In this document: positions 1-9,470 of the stretch, in pieces
How positions within the stretch are numbered: the stretch's first letter is position 1
Layout: each line of letters opens with the position of its first letter
Source: Nitrospirota bacterium
GTDB taxonomy: Bacteria > Nitrospirota > Thermodesulfovibrionia > Thermodesulfovibrionales > Dissulfurispiraceae
Direction of reading: 5' to 3'
Assembly: GCA_040754455.1 (NCBI GenBank)
Contig: JBFMCP010000005.1
Coordinates: forward strand, 47,926-111,925
DNA: 64,000 nt
Made by a program: the position numbers and the translations under genes
The notes under the pieces: model-generated
What the model saw: only the letters and a program-made list of their open reading frames with translations
Databases searched by the model: none
Told to the model about the DNA's origin: nothing

Positions 1-924
1 GCCCCTTACCCCCATATCGATAACAGTGATCTTGGTCCTCTTCGGGTCTTTGTGCCAGAGCGTATCGCCGTCAGGCCTGGTGAGCGCATCGATGAGACCG
101 TCTCGCACGATCCTCGGCTTTGCTGCATGCGGATCGTGGCAGGTGTAGCAGTTGAGGCCATGCTGTACCGACTTGGCTACTTCGACGACATTCGATGTCC
201 TCGAAAATTTTGCACCCTGCACCGGATCGCCCATATATGCCCAATCAAGGATCTGGTCCTGGGTCTTGCACTGCAGGCAGACCGGGTTGGCCGCTGCCGC
301 GCTTTGGGTGATATACGCTTTATGCTCTTTGCTATCCGGATACTTGTCCATCAGGATGTCCCAGGCCTTGCCGGTCTCGAAGATATACTGCCAGCCGTTC
401 TTGCCCTGAAACCTGCCGCCGTACGCCCTGTCAACAACCAGGTGATCCACCAGCATCGAGACATGGCTCCTGGTCAGCGCATGCTCTTTGGTGAAGCCGT
501 GACCTGCCATGAGCTTGTCCCAGAACGGATTGGGCGCCCTGTTGGTGAGCTGTGATTTCTCATCCCTTGCAGGGCGGTGATAGGCCTGCTTCATAAAGGA
601 CTCCATCTGCTCTTTATGGCACTGGCCGCAGGCTTGCCAGGACATATCGGTAACCGGTCTCGTGTCAGGTCCGGGAGCCTTGAGATGCTTGTCGAGCCCG
701 CTGTGGCAGTTTACACAGTTGATCTTTGCATGCTTGCCCATCTTGTGCAGGTCCTTCACCTGTGCATGGCACATATAGCATGCATCCACCTTAACCGGTT
801 TTTCCGCTGCTGCCTTCCTTGCATCGGGATTCTTATACTGCGCGTCGGCATTGCTGTAAAAACCAAATCCCGCAAGCGCCATGATAAAAATTGTTGCTAC
901 TACGAAATACCCTCTCCTATTCAT
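1..924 (-). CDS. Octaheme cytochrome c nitrite reductase (ONR/TvNiR-like), 5' part; runs off the left edge
   Basis: Not in the ORF track; translated by hand from ATG 924 (SD GAGGAGG): MNRRGYFVVATIFIMALAGFGFYSNADAQ signal peptide, then CYMCH, CVNCH, CGQCH, GHGFTKEH..RSH, DRAYGGRFQ, catalytic CLQCK, CYTCHDPH; 308 codons open to position 1. Confidence 0.9.
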   Translation of the reverse strand, partial: MNRRGYFVVATIFIMALAGFGFYSNADAQYKNPDARKAAAEKPVKVDACYMCHAQVKDLHKMGKHAKINCVNCHSGLDKHLKAPGPDTRPVTDMSWQACGQCHKEQMESFMKQAYHRPARDEKSQLTNRAPNPFWDKLMAGHGFTKEHALTRSHVSMLVDHLVVDRAYGGRFQGKNGWQYIFETGKAWDILMDKYPDSKEHKAYITQSAAAANPVCLQCKTQDQILDWAYMGDPVQGAKFSRTSNVVEVAKSVQHGLNCYTCHDPHAAKPRIVRDGLIDALTRPDGDTLWHKDPKRTKITVIDMGVRG

Positions 925-1183
925 TGCTTCCCTCCTCATCCTGTGTTTTAAAAAGTGCCTTTCCCCTCGAAATGAGTGGTCCATACCGACTCCCCGTACA
1001 TTTAAAATTTTCAACAACCTGACTACATGGTACTTACAAATCAGGTAAATTTCACATTAATCCGCGTAAATTTTTTGTAAATTTTGAGGGGAAGGAGAAC
1101 GTGCAGAAAGCATAGGCAGCAGGAGCAAAAAGAACTGCACTATTCATAGTAAAAACCCAGCGGGACCGAACTCTTCGGTGTCT

Positions 1184-1672
1184 CTAGAAAGAGGCCTCTT
1201 TCTGCTCGAGCTGAAAGCCGATCTTTCTCAACTCAGCAGCGATCATTTCGACGAACTTGCCGATGTTATTCTGAATTTCCTCTGACATTGCGAGGCCGGT
1301 ATCCATGCATTTCGGTTCGATGCCGAGAAGCACAATGTGCTTCGGCATCTTCTCGGTAAGCTGTGCTGCGGCGAGGAGGTCGGAGAGGCCGAGCTGGTGG
1401 GGAGAAATTTTACTATAGAAAAAAGCGGGGACTTCATCGCCCTCCATGCGCACGATGGTGCCGGGAGGGTTTCCGTTCTTTACGACATCAATGACAAAGA
1501 CGTAATCTCTACCCTCAATGTAATGGAGAAGCTCTATTCCCATAGTGCCGCCGTCGATAACTTCGACGCCTTCGGGGATACGGTATTTCCTCTGGAACTC
1601 CTCCACCACCCGCACCCCTGCTCCCTCATCCATCAGGAGCAAATTTCCTATTCCCATTACTAAAACATTCAT
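1184..1672 (-). CDS. hybD: [NiFe]-hydrogenase maturation protease (HyaD/HybD family)
   Basis: GIGNLLLMDEGAGV, DGGT, SPHQ motifs; directly after the large subunit. Confidence 0.9.
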   Translation of the reverse strand: MNVLVMGIGNLLLMDEGAGVRVVEEFQRKYRIPEGVEVIDGGTMGIELLHYIEGRDYVFVIDVVKNGNPPGTIVRMEGDEVPAFFYSKISPHQLGLSDLLAAAQLTEKMPKHIVLLGIEPKCMDTGLAMSEEIQNNIGKFVEMIAAELRKIGFQLEQKEASF

Positions 1673-1725
1673 AAATGATCACCCTTTTATAATTTAACAT
1701 ACGTAGGAATGACACACCCTTAAAA

Positions 1726-1773
1726 AGGGGGCAGGGCAAAGTACTGAGAAAAATTCCAAGTACCATGCCCCTC
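1726..1773 (-). terminator. Hairpin between hybC and hybD (terminator or mRNA stabiliser)
   Basis: Minus strand GGGCATGGTACT...AGTACTTTGCCC, with a T run shortly after. Confidence 0.4.
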
Positions 1774-1791
1774 TCAAATAATTTATACCCC

Positions 1792-3492
1792 CTAAAACGC
1801 TTTGACTTTTACGACCTCCCTCTTCTTCGCATCCACCACATGGATTGCGCACGCAAGACACGGATCGAAAGAGTGGACGGTCCTCAACACCTCGAGCGGC
1901 TTTTCGGGATCAGCGACAGGATTGCCGATAAGAGATGCCTCATAGGGGCCGAGCGCATCCCCATCGTTTCTCGGGCCGGCATTCCAGGTCGAAGGCACCA
2001 CTGCCTGATAGTTTTTAATCTTCCCCTTATCGATCACCACCCAATGGGAGAGTACGCCCCTCGGCGCTTCGTGGAATCCGAAACCTTTGATCTCCCCCTT
2101 CGGAAATTCGGGACGATTGAAGGTTGTCATATCGCCTTTTGCAATGTTATTAACCAATGCCTCCCACTGACTCTTGAGGGTCTCATACATCACCGCGCAA
2201 CGCACTGCTCTCGCTGCATGGCGGCCGATGGTCGAGTGGAGCGCCGTTACCGGCACCTTAGCGCCGGCGAGGCTGCTCACTGTAGCAAGCGCTTTATCCG
2301 TATATTTCTTGGTGGGTGCATGTCCTGCGGCATACATACACAAAACATTTGCAAGCGGACCGACCTGAGCCGGCTTTCCATTAAAGCTGGGTGCCTTCAC
2401 CCAGGAATACTTGCCGTTGTCCTGGAAATTGGTATAGTGCGGGATCGTCTCCTCCTCCCACGGATGGCGCGTCCAGTTGCCTTCGTACCACGAATGTTTA
2501 ATGCTTTCTTTGACGCCTTTCTTGAAGGTCTCGTCCTGGAAGCTCGTGATCGGCTTGAAGCGGCCGATATCGCCGCCCTCGATGTAGCCGCCGGGATGCG
2601 CAAACACGGTTCCTCTGGAATCCATCGGGAAGTCGGGAACAGAAAGATAATTCGTTACTCCTGCGCCGTACTTGGTCCAGTCGGCATAGAAGGCGCCTAC
2701 TGCACAGACATCAACAAAATAGACATTGTGTACGAAGTCGCCGATCTCATCGATGATCGATTTGATGTAGTACAGCCGCTCCATCGTCAGTGTCGAGGGG
2801 CTGTCGGGGTTGATCGGATTGGCGACGCCGCCTACTGCCAAATTCTGGATATGCGGGGTTTTGCCGCCGAGGATCGAGACGATCATGTTTGCCTTGCGCT
2901 GGTACTCGAGCGCCTGGAGGTAGTGCGCTGCAGCGAGCAGGTTGACCTCGGGCGAGAGCTTCATGGCAGGATGACCCCAGTAGCCATTGGTAAAGATGCC
3001 GAGCTGGCCGGTGCCGACAAAGGCCTTGAGTCGGTCCTGCACCTCTTTGAAGTGCTGCGAGCTGTTCATCTTCCATGAGGAGACGCTCTGGGCGATCTGC
3101 GCTGTCTTCCTGGGATCAGCTTTCAACGCCGAAACGATATCCACCCAGTCAAGAGCGGAGAGATGATAGAAGTGAACAATGTGATCATGGATTGCATGAG
3201 CAGCGATAATGAGATTTCTTATATACTGTGCATTGACCGGCACCTCGAGGTTCAATGCGTTCTCGACGGCTCTTACTGACGCAATCGCATGCACCGTGGT
3301 GCAGACACCGCAGATTCTCTGGGTAAAGAGCCATGCCTCGCGCGGGTCTCTCCCCTTGAGGATGAGCTCGATGCCGCGCCACATCTGGCCCGACGACCAG
3401 GCGTTCTTCACCACCCCGCCGTCGATCTCGCAGTCTATCCTCAAATGACCTTCTATTCTTGTTACCGGATCGATGGTTATTCTTTTTGACAT
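1792..3492 (-). CDS. hybC: Group 1 (Hyb-type) [NiFe]-hydrogenase large subunit
   Basis: RICGVC and DPCLACAIH motifs plus cleavable C-terminal extension. Confidence 0.95.
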   Translation of the reverse strand: MSKRITIDPVTRIEGHLRIDCEIDGGVVKNAWSSGQMWRGIELILKGRDPREAWLFTQRICGVCTTVHAIASVRAVENALNLEVPVNAQYIRNLIIAAHAIHDHIVHFYHLSALDWVDIVSALKADPRKTAQIAQSVSSWKMNSSQHFKEVQDRLKAFVGTGQLGIFTNGYWGHPAMKLSPEVNLLAAAHYLQALEYQRKANMIVSILGGKTPHIQNLAVGGVANPINPDSPSTLTMERLYYIKSIIDEIGDFVHNVYFVDVCAVGAFYADWTKYGAGVTNYLSVPDFPMDSRGTVFAHPGGYIEGGDIGRFKPITSFQDETFKKGVKESIKHSWYEGNWTRHPWEEETIPHYTNFQDNGKYSWVKAPSFNGKPAQVGPLANVLCMYAAGHAPTKKYTDKALATVSSLAGAKVPVTALHSTIGRHAARAVRCAVMYETLKSQWEALVNNIAKGDMTTFNRPEFPKGEIKGFGFHEAPRGVLSHWVVIDKGKIKNYQAVVPSTWNAGPRNDGDALGPYEASLIGNPVADPEKPLEVLRTVHSFDPCLACAIHVVDAKKREVVKVKAF

Positions 3493-3513
3493 GGAATATT
3501 CCTCCTATAAAAA

Positions 3514-4650
3514 TTATGCGTGCTTCACATCTGGCAGCACCGGAAGGGTTTTGACAACTACCAGATACAACAGCACCTCCAGCGCTATGATGCCCAAGGT
3601 TATCATTGTCTCGGAAAAGGACGGGAAATAGTGCCACCCCGGACCGGGATCGAATCCTATTAAAAACGCGTTAAAACGGTAGACCGCTCCTGCAAGCAGC
3701 ATGAGCACCGCACCGATGAAGAGCATGCGCGGCCGTTCCCTGTTGACAGGCCTGAAGAGTATTACCATAGGTGCGATATACAATATATTTTCGATGATGA
3801 ACATGAAGCTTTTTATATCCAGCCTGAGAATTGCGCCGAGCTGTCCTCTCCAGAGGAGATCGCCGAATCTGAACACCAGATAGAGCAGGATAAGCTTGGG
3901 AATAATTGCCGAGAGCTTTGACAGCAGCGGGGTCTCCATCGGCCTCCTGAACCCGAGGGAGGAGATAATCGACTCGAACACCACAATCGCGTATCCCATC
4001 GTAATCGAAGAGATCAGGAAGAGCAGCGGGATGAAGTCGGTCTGCCACAGGGGTGAAACCTTCTGCCCCGCGATATAGATCAGCAATCCCAGTGATGACT
4101 GGTGCATGGTCGGCAGGAGCACGCCGATGGCGATAAATGCAAAGAGGACTTTTTTCAATACCTTGAGTACCTTCTCCTTGTTCCAACGCTCAAGGAATGC
4201 GGGGGTGAATTCTATCCAGAGCACCATGATGTAGGTCGTGACGCAGAGAGCCACCTCGAACATGACCGAGTTGAGCTGTGCGTACCACGGCAGGATGAGA
4301 TTATAGGCCTGCCAGTAGCGCCCTACGTCGAAAAAAATTGATACTCCCGCGAGCGTGTATCCGAACATGCTCGCAAGGATTGCAGCGCGTATGAGCGGAT
4401 AATAGGTCTTCTTGTTGAACACATAGATCAGCAGTGCCATCGCATACCCGCCGCAGGCAAAGGCGGTACCCACCACAACGTCATAGGCGATCCAGATACC
4501 CCACGGATAGCCGTCGCTCATATTGGATACCGCACCGATACCAAAGATGAATCTCTTGATGATCAGAATACCCGCAAAGAGCGCAAAAGCAGCCAGGACC
4601 AGAAAAGGCTTGGTGATGATTTTTCCTCCCAATGGCTTAAACCCTCCCAT
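3514..4650 (-). CDS. hybB: Hydrogenase-2 membrane subunit (NrfD family)
   Basis: Polytopic; PWGIWIAYD, LPTMHQSS motifs; operon context. Confidence 0.92.
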   Translation of the reverse strand: MGGFKPLGGKIITKPFLVLAAFALFAGILIIKRFIFGIGAVSNMSDGYPWGIWIAYDVVVGTAFACGGYAMALLIYVFNKKTYYPLIRAAILASMFGYTLAGVSIFFDVGRYWQAYNLILPWYAQLNSVMFEVALCVTTYIMVLWIEFTPAFLERWNKEKVLKVLKKVLFAFIAIGVLLPTMHQSSLGLLIYIAGQKVSPLWQTDFIPLLFLISSITMGYAIVVFESIISSLGFRRPMETPLLSKLSAIIPKLILLYLVFRFGDLLWRGQLGAILRLDIKSFMFIIENILYIAPMVILFRPVNRERPRMLFIGAVLMLLAGAVYRFNAFLIGFDPGPGWHYFPSFSETMITLGIIALEVLLYLVVVKTLPVLPDVKHA

Positions 4651-4667
4651 ATCTCTCTCCTTTATCG

Positions 4668-5621
4668 CTACTCATCTTTTTTTGTATTTCGATACACTGC
4701 ATACAGAAGGCCGCCCAGAAGGGCAACGGGTGCGATCATTCCCTTGTAGATCGTATGCTGGAGCCCTTCCGACCGTGCTGCATCAGACACCTCCGAGAGC
4801 TTCGGCATGCCGAGCTTGTCGAAGGGCACTCCCGCGAGCATAAGGATCTGCGTGCCGCCGCCGTCCTTTTCCCCGTAAAGGTAGGGATAATACTGTTCGA
4901 CAGCGCGTAACGATTTCTGGTCCGAGTTGATATGGGCCACAGGGAATTCGTACTCGTCTCCGGGTCTCAACGTCAATCGGCGGCGTGCCTCCGCCTGCAG
5001 ATCGGTGACCTTTCCGTACAGCGAGGCGCCGGTGGGACAGAACTCGCAGCATGCCGCATATTTGCCCTCTTTGAGACGGTGCGAACAGAGCTGGCACTTC
5101 CTGATCTGCGGGAACGGTTCGTCCCATTCGAACTTCGGGATGTTGTAGGGACAGGCGACCTGGCAATATCTACATCCGATACAGGCATCCTTGTTATAAC
5201 TCACAATGCCGGTCTTCGGGTCTTTGGTCAGTGCCGAGACCGGACAGGCCGAAACGCAGGAAGGATCGATGCAATGCATACACTGCCTTTTGACATAGGA
5301 GAAACCGTTCTCTTTATCTTTTTCAACTCCCGCGCCGTGCGTGTAGAGCTTGATGATGTTGAGCGTCTTTCCGGAAAGATCGAGGGGATTGTCATAAATG
5401 TTGTCCGTCGTCGAATGCTCGGGGGGCATGTTGTTGTACTGCTTGCATGCCGCAACGCAGGCCTTGCATCCGATGCAGAGGGTTGCATCATATAAAAAAC
5501 CGACAGCTTCGGGAGGCAGGGCTTTGGGAGCCCTCGCTGCCAGTGCAGAAGGGACATCCGCCGCGAGCAGCAGTCCGCCATAGGCTACTCCTTTCAAGAA
5601 GTCTCGTCTCTTCATATCCAT
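4668..5621 (-). CDS. hybA: Hydrogenase-2 4Fe-4S subunit
   Basis: Tat signal KRRDFLK; CIGCKACVAAC, CMHC..C...C, CIGCRYCQVAC; C-terminal TM. Confidence 0.92.
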   Translation of the reverse strand: MDMKRRDFLKGVAYGGLLLAADVPSALAARAPKALPPEAVGFLYDATLCIGCKACVAACKQYNNMPPEHSTTDNIYDNPLDLSGKTLNIIKLYTHGAGVEKDKENGFSYVKRQCMHCIDPSCVSACPVSALTKDPKTGIVSYNKDACIGCRYCQVACPYNIPKFEWDEPFPQIRKCQLCSHRLKEGKYAACCEFCPTGASLYGKVTDLQAEARRRLTLRPGDEYEFPVAHINSDQKSLRAVEQYYPYLYGEKDGGGTQILMLAGVPFDKLGMPKLSEVSDAARSEGLQHTIYKGMIAPVALLGGLLYAVYRNTKKDE

Positions 5622-5624
5622 GGC

Positions 5625-6797
5625 CTACTTCTCCTTCTTCCTGGGGTGCTCTTCCTTCTTCTCCGCATCCCTCTCATGCTCGCCGAGCCTCTTTGCCAGG
5701 GTAGCACCCGCTCCGATCGCAGCACCCGCAACCCCTGCCACCACAGCAGCGCCGAGCACGGTGGCGCCGCCGCCCTTCTCCTCATGAATACGGGGATAGG
5801 TCGAGGGGGGAGTAACGGTATGCAGCCTGGCGAGGGTGTGGAGCGGTGTACTGAATCCAACGCCCTTTTCAGAGCAGCCGAAGCAGGGATGGCCCGCACC
5901 GACAGGCCATGTGCCTGCACCCGTGTCGCCGAATTGCAGGGTCGAGCAGTTGTTGAAGGTCTCTGGTCCCTTGCACCCTAGTTTGTAGAGGCAATAGCCT
6001 TTTCTATGGTTTTCATCACCGTACTGGATGGCAAATCTTCCTGCGTCGAAGTGGGGCCGCCGCTCGCAGTTCTCGTGGATAACACGGCTATAGGCGAACG
6101 TGGGCCTGCCTTTTTCATCGAGCTCGGGGAGTTTTTTGAGAGTCAGGAAGTGGATAACGGTTGAGAGTAAATTATAGGGGTTCGGAGGGCATCCGGGAAT
6201 CGTGACAACAGGTTTGCCTTTCACAAGCTCTGTTATTCCTTTTGCGCCGGTGGGGTTCGGTCCGGCAGCGGGTATGCCACCCCAAGATGAGCAGGAGCCC
6301 ATGGCGATCACCGCTGCTGCGTGCGGATAGGTTTCATTCAGAATTTCAAGGGCGGTCTTACCACCGATCTTGCAGTAGATACCTCCCTCTTTTGTTGGCA
6401 CCGAGCCGTCGACCACGAGGATGAATTTGCCTTTGTTTTCCTGGATCGATTTCTGCTTCGCTGCCTCGACCTGATGGCCTGCGGCAACGCTGAGCGTTTC
6501 GGAGTAATCGAGCGAGATGAGATCGAGAAGGAGATGCTCCAGTGTAGGATGAGTGGAGCGCAGGAGAGATTCGACACATCCGGTGCACTCCTGGAAAGAG
6601 AGCCAGATCACCGGCGGACGTTTGGGGTTGGTAATTGCTTCTGCGATCTTCGCCCCCATGCCGAGGGGCAATCCCATACCGGCAGCCATGACCGTACAAT
6701 ACCTCAGGAAATCCCTTCGCGATATGCCGCCGAGCTTCTTTCTGACTTCAGCCTCATGCTCTTTCATAGTCTCCTCCGTCCTCTTTTCTTTGTTCAT
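5625..6797 (-). CDS. hybO: Hydrogenase-2 small subunit
   Basis: Tat SRRDFL; QECTGC, GCPP, HENC, CLYKLGCKGP, HPCFGC; C-terminal anchor. Confidence 0.95.
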   Translation of the reverse strand: MNKEKRTEETMKEHEAEVRKKLGGISRRDFLRYCTVMAAGMGLPLGMGAKIAEAITNPKRPPVIWLSFQECTGCVESLLRSTHPTLEHLLLDLISLDYSETLSVAAGHQVEAAKQKSIQENKGKFILVVDGSVPTKEGGIYCKIGGKTALEILNETYPHAAAVIAMGSCSSWGGIPAAGPNPTGAKGITELVKGKPVVTIPGCPPNPYNLLSTVIHFLTLKKLPELDEKGRPTFAYSRVIHENCERRPHFDAGRFAIQYGDENHRKGYCLYKLGCKGPETFNNCSTLQFGDTGAGTWPVGAGHPCFGCSEKGVGFSTPLHTLARLHTVTPPSTYPRIHEEKGGGATVLGAAVVAGVAGAAIGAGATLAKRLGEHERDAEKKEEHPRKKEK

Positions 6798-6850
6798 TTG
6801 CCTATGAATTCCATAATTTCAATGATTTTCTTCTTTTTCGTGTTATTAAC

Positions 6851-6878
6851 ATTATACTGTCAATAAATTTGTTGTCAA
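6851..6878 (-). promoter_or_regulatory. sigma70 promoter of the hyb operon
   Basis: TTGACA-16 nt-TATAAT on the minus strand, ~55 nt upstream of hybO. Confidence 0.7.
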
Positions 6879-7077
6879 GCATTCTTTAATGATAATGAAT
6901 ATTTCTTATTTTATTATTTTTTTATCTGAAAGTACGGCTCAAACAGGAAAGAATCATTCACAATGAATGCTTTTTATGCAGACGGGGCGGGATTATCGCT
7001 ACAGCACATTAAGGTCCTTCTGTCTGGTTGGTGCAGACAGTTAAAGAGTTGCTTGCAGCGAAAAGGGTGTGGGAGGA

Positions 7078-7191
7078 TTATCTCCCGACAAAGTACATCT
7101 TCCAATAGATGAGGAAGATACTGTAGATGAGCAGCAGTGCGATGATACCCAGCGCAATCTTTGCAAACCATTTCGATCCCTTTTCCTTCAT
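7078..7191 (-). CDS. Small single-pass membrane protein, 37 aa
   Basis: MKEKGSKWFAKIALGIIALLLIYSIFLIYWKMYFVGR*; SD-like AGGGGG upstream; basic N-terminus plus ~20-aa hydrophobic helix; below the ORF-track cutoff. Confidence 0.7.
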   Translation of the reverse strand: MKEKGSKWFAKIALGIIALLLIYSIFLIYWKMYFVGR

Positions 7192-7323
7192 CTTGTCCCC
7201 CTGCGAATACAACAAAAGGTTACTACAATTGCACCATGCGCGTTAAGCGCCCCTCTTATCTTATATTCAGGATATATCCGGGGAAGAATGTCAAGTTAAT
7301 TCTTCTGTCAAAAAAAGAAACGA

Positions 7324-7803
7324 TTACGGGTGAGAGAGCATCGGCTCCAAAGCAGTGACAAGCAAAGATACTACGCGAGGCATGGCTGCAGCCACCGCAT
7401 CTGTCATTGCATCACCGAAGTGCACTACATCTTCCGCCTCTACGGCCCAGATGGCGATGTCCTCCGGAAGGTCGAATCCCATGCGCTTTCCGGCTTCGAA
7501 GGCGCAGGCGAGTGTCGTATCGTGCATCGACGAACTATGGAGGGTTGCCGGGACGTTGCGGAGGCTCAGCCGGTATACAGTACCGGCCGGCGCATTCCCG
7601 GTGCAGATCGCATCGATGAGGAACACCCTGTCATAGCCGATCATCTCTTCCATGAGTCTCAGTCCGCCTACGGATAATTCCTTTATATCGATCCCCTCAT
7701 GTTCCCGAACATGCTTCCTCAATTCCCGCGCAACGGCGATGCCGATGCCGTCATCACGAAGAATCGGGTTACCGAGGCCGATGATTAAGGTTTTTTTTAT
7801 CAT
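7324..7803 (-). CDS. Hydrogenase maturation protease for MvhA
   Basis: GLGNPILRDDGIG, SSMHD motifs; follows mvhA. Confidence 0.9.
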   Translation of the reverse strand: MIKKTLIIGLGNPILRDDGIGIAVARELRKHVREHEGIDIKELSVGGLRLMEEMIGYDRVFLIDAICTGNAPAGTVYRLSLRNVPATLHSSSMHDTTLACAFEAGKRMGFDLPEDIAIWAVEAEDVVHFGDAMTDAVAAAMPRVVSLLVTALEPMLSHP

Positions 7804-7817
7804 AGTAATAGAATCAT

Positions 7818-7898
7818 AGAATTCAGGAGCCAGGAGTCAGAAGCCAGAATAAAAGCTTTCCTTCCCCTTCTAGCTCCTGACTTCTGGATTCTGGCTCT
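7818..7898. repeat. Heptamer-periodic inverted repeat (AGGAGYC type)
   Basis: AGAATTC AGGAGCC AGGAGTC AGAAGCC ... TTCTAGC TCCTGAC TTCTGGA TTCTGGC. Confidence 0.8.
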
Positions 7899-7903
7899 AT
7901 GCT

Positions 7904-9388
7904 TTAATATTGCGACAGCTCCCTGATTACCTCTCCTGCTTGATTACGTATTCTGACCCTGAGCGGCATCTGTCCCGGCAGCGCATGGGTTGCGCAGGAG
8001 AAGCAGGGATCGTAGAGTCTGAACGCCATCTCTATCCTGTTCAGCAGCCCCTGTTCGATGATGGTGCCCTTGCTGATAAGGGTCTGGGCCGCCTTCTTAA
8101 CGGACATCGCAATCGGCGCGTAGTTGTTGGTAGTACCGACAACGAGATTGACTTTTTGCAGGATTCCTCGCTCATCGGTCCGGTAATGGTGCGTGAGCGT
8201 ACCGCGGGGCGCCTCCACAGCGCCGACTCCTTCAACGGGTGTTTCGGTAGGAATGACACGCACATGGGGATCGGTGATTTCAGGATCGACGATCAGCTCA
8301 TGCATGCGCTCCGCAGCATAGAGGAGCTCGATCAGCCGCGCCCAGTGTGTTGCGAGGCGGTAATGCACCGGCCCGTAACTGCCGTCGTCCCTTTTCGTGC
8401 CGAGCGTTGCATAGAACTGTTCGAAGGCCTCCTGTGCGCGGGGTGTGGCCATGCCCTTTGCAACATTGAGACGCGCCAGCGGCGTTGCACAATACACGCC
8501 GCTCTGAGCTCCATCGACAAAGCCCTTCCAGCCGACCGCCTTCAGATAAGGGAATTTAAGGTACGTCCAGGATTCGACACGCTCGGTAATGTGATCCCGG
8601 TAATCGCGGGGATGATAGTTCACCAATTCGTTCCCGTCGGGGTCAACAACGCGCACCCGGCCATCGTAAAAGTTGATATAACCTCTTTCATCAACAGTGC
8701 CCATGTAATAGGTACGGTGGGTATAGGCATCGGACACCATGAGGTCATGGTACTCGGGGTTCTGCAAAACGACCGAACGGAACAGATCGAGGCTCCGGAG
8801 CGCAAAAGCGATATTCTTTTCCGCTATGAGCTGAATCTCTCTCTGCTCCTCTCCGGTGAGCGCCTTGCTCCATCCGCCCGGAAGCCCGGCGCAGGGATGG
8901 ATCACTCTTCCGCCGACCAGCTGAATGGCGTGGTGGTTCCTTTTTCTGCACTCGATCACCTCTCTGCCGATATCGATGCCGATCTTCTGCAATACGCCGA
9001 AGATATTTCGCTCGGCAGGCGGCGCATCGGGCCCCACAATGAAATCAGGTCCTCCAAGGGCATAGAAGTGGGTCGTGTGGTCGGCAACGAAGAAGGCAGA
9101 GTAGAACATCTCCCGCAGCTTCTTTGCCGCAGGAGGAGGATCGACCCTGTACAAATCATCGAGCGCCTTGGTTGATGCTATGTGATGGGCTTCGGGACAG
9201 ATGCCGCAGATGCGGCTGGTGATATTCGGCATATCCTCTGCGAGGCGTCCGACACAGAACTGCTCGAACCCCCTCAACTCGGGGACAATGAAATAGGCAT
9301 TCGCTACCTCACCTTCGTCGTTGAGGAATATCTCAATCCTGCCGTGGCCTTCCAGCCTCGTCACCGGGTCAATGCTGATCTTCTTCAT
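7904..9388 (-). CDS. mvhA: Group 3c [NiFe]-hydrogenase large subunit
   Basis: RICGICP and DPCFSCATH; hdr/mvh context. Confidence 0.92.
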   Translation of the reverse strand: MKKISIDPVTRLEGHGRIEIFLNDEGEVANAYFIVPELRGFEQFCVGRLAEDMPNITSRICGICPEAHHIASTKALDDLYRVDPPPAAKKLREMFYSAFFVADHTTHFYALGGPDFIVGPDAPPAERNIFGVLQKIGIDIGREVIECRKRNHHAIQLVGGRVIHPCAGLPGGWSKALTGEEQREIQLIAEKNIAFALRSLDLFRSVVLQNPEYHDLMVSDAYTHRTYYMGTVDERGYINFYDGRVRVVDPDGNELVNYHPRDYRDHITERVESWTYLKFPYLKAVGWKGFVDGAQSGVYCATPLARLNVAKGMATPRAQEAFEQFYATLGTKRDDGSYGPVHYRLATHWARLIELLYAAERMHELIVDPEITDPHVRVIPTETPVEGVGAVEAPRGTLTHHYRTDERGILQKVNLVVGTTNNYAPIAMSVKKAAQTLISKGTIIEQGLLNRIEMAFRLYDPCFSCATHALPGQMPLRVRIRNQAGEVIRELSQY

Positions 9389-9394
9389 AATCGA

Positions 9395-9470
9395 TAAAGA
9401 TAAAAAATCAAAAAGAAAAAAGCAAAATTAATAAATTCATTACTTTTAATCTTTTCTTTTTGCATTTTAA
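9395..9470. repeat. Heptamer-periodic A-rich/T-rich inverted repeat
   Basis: AAAGATA AAAAATC AAAAAGA AAAAAGC AAAATT ... TTTTAAT CTTTTCT TTTTGCA TTTTAAT. Confidence 0.7.

Noticed and set aside
52..951. Plus-strand ORFs 52-555 and 577-951
   Set aside because: Antisense shadows of the ONR gene. The same applies to the many long antisense ORFs over hyb, mvh, hdr, ftsH, secA and glgB.
1692..1719. dif-like site (GTATGTTAAAT matches a XerD arm at 10/11)
   Set aside because: No XerC arm or TAA-N6-TTA core; better explained as a TATGTT -10 box for hybD
6974..7171. 65-aa Cys-rich ORF in the track
   Set aside because: Overlaps the better-supported 37-aa TM ORF in another frame and has no recognisable pattern
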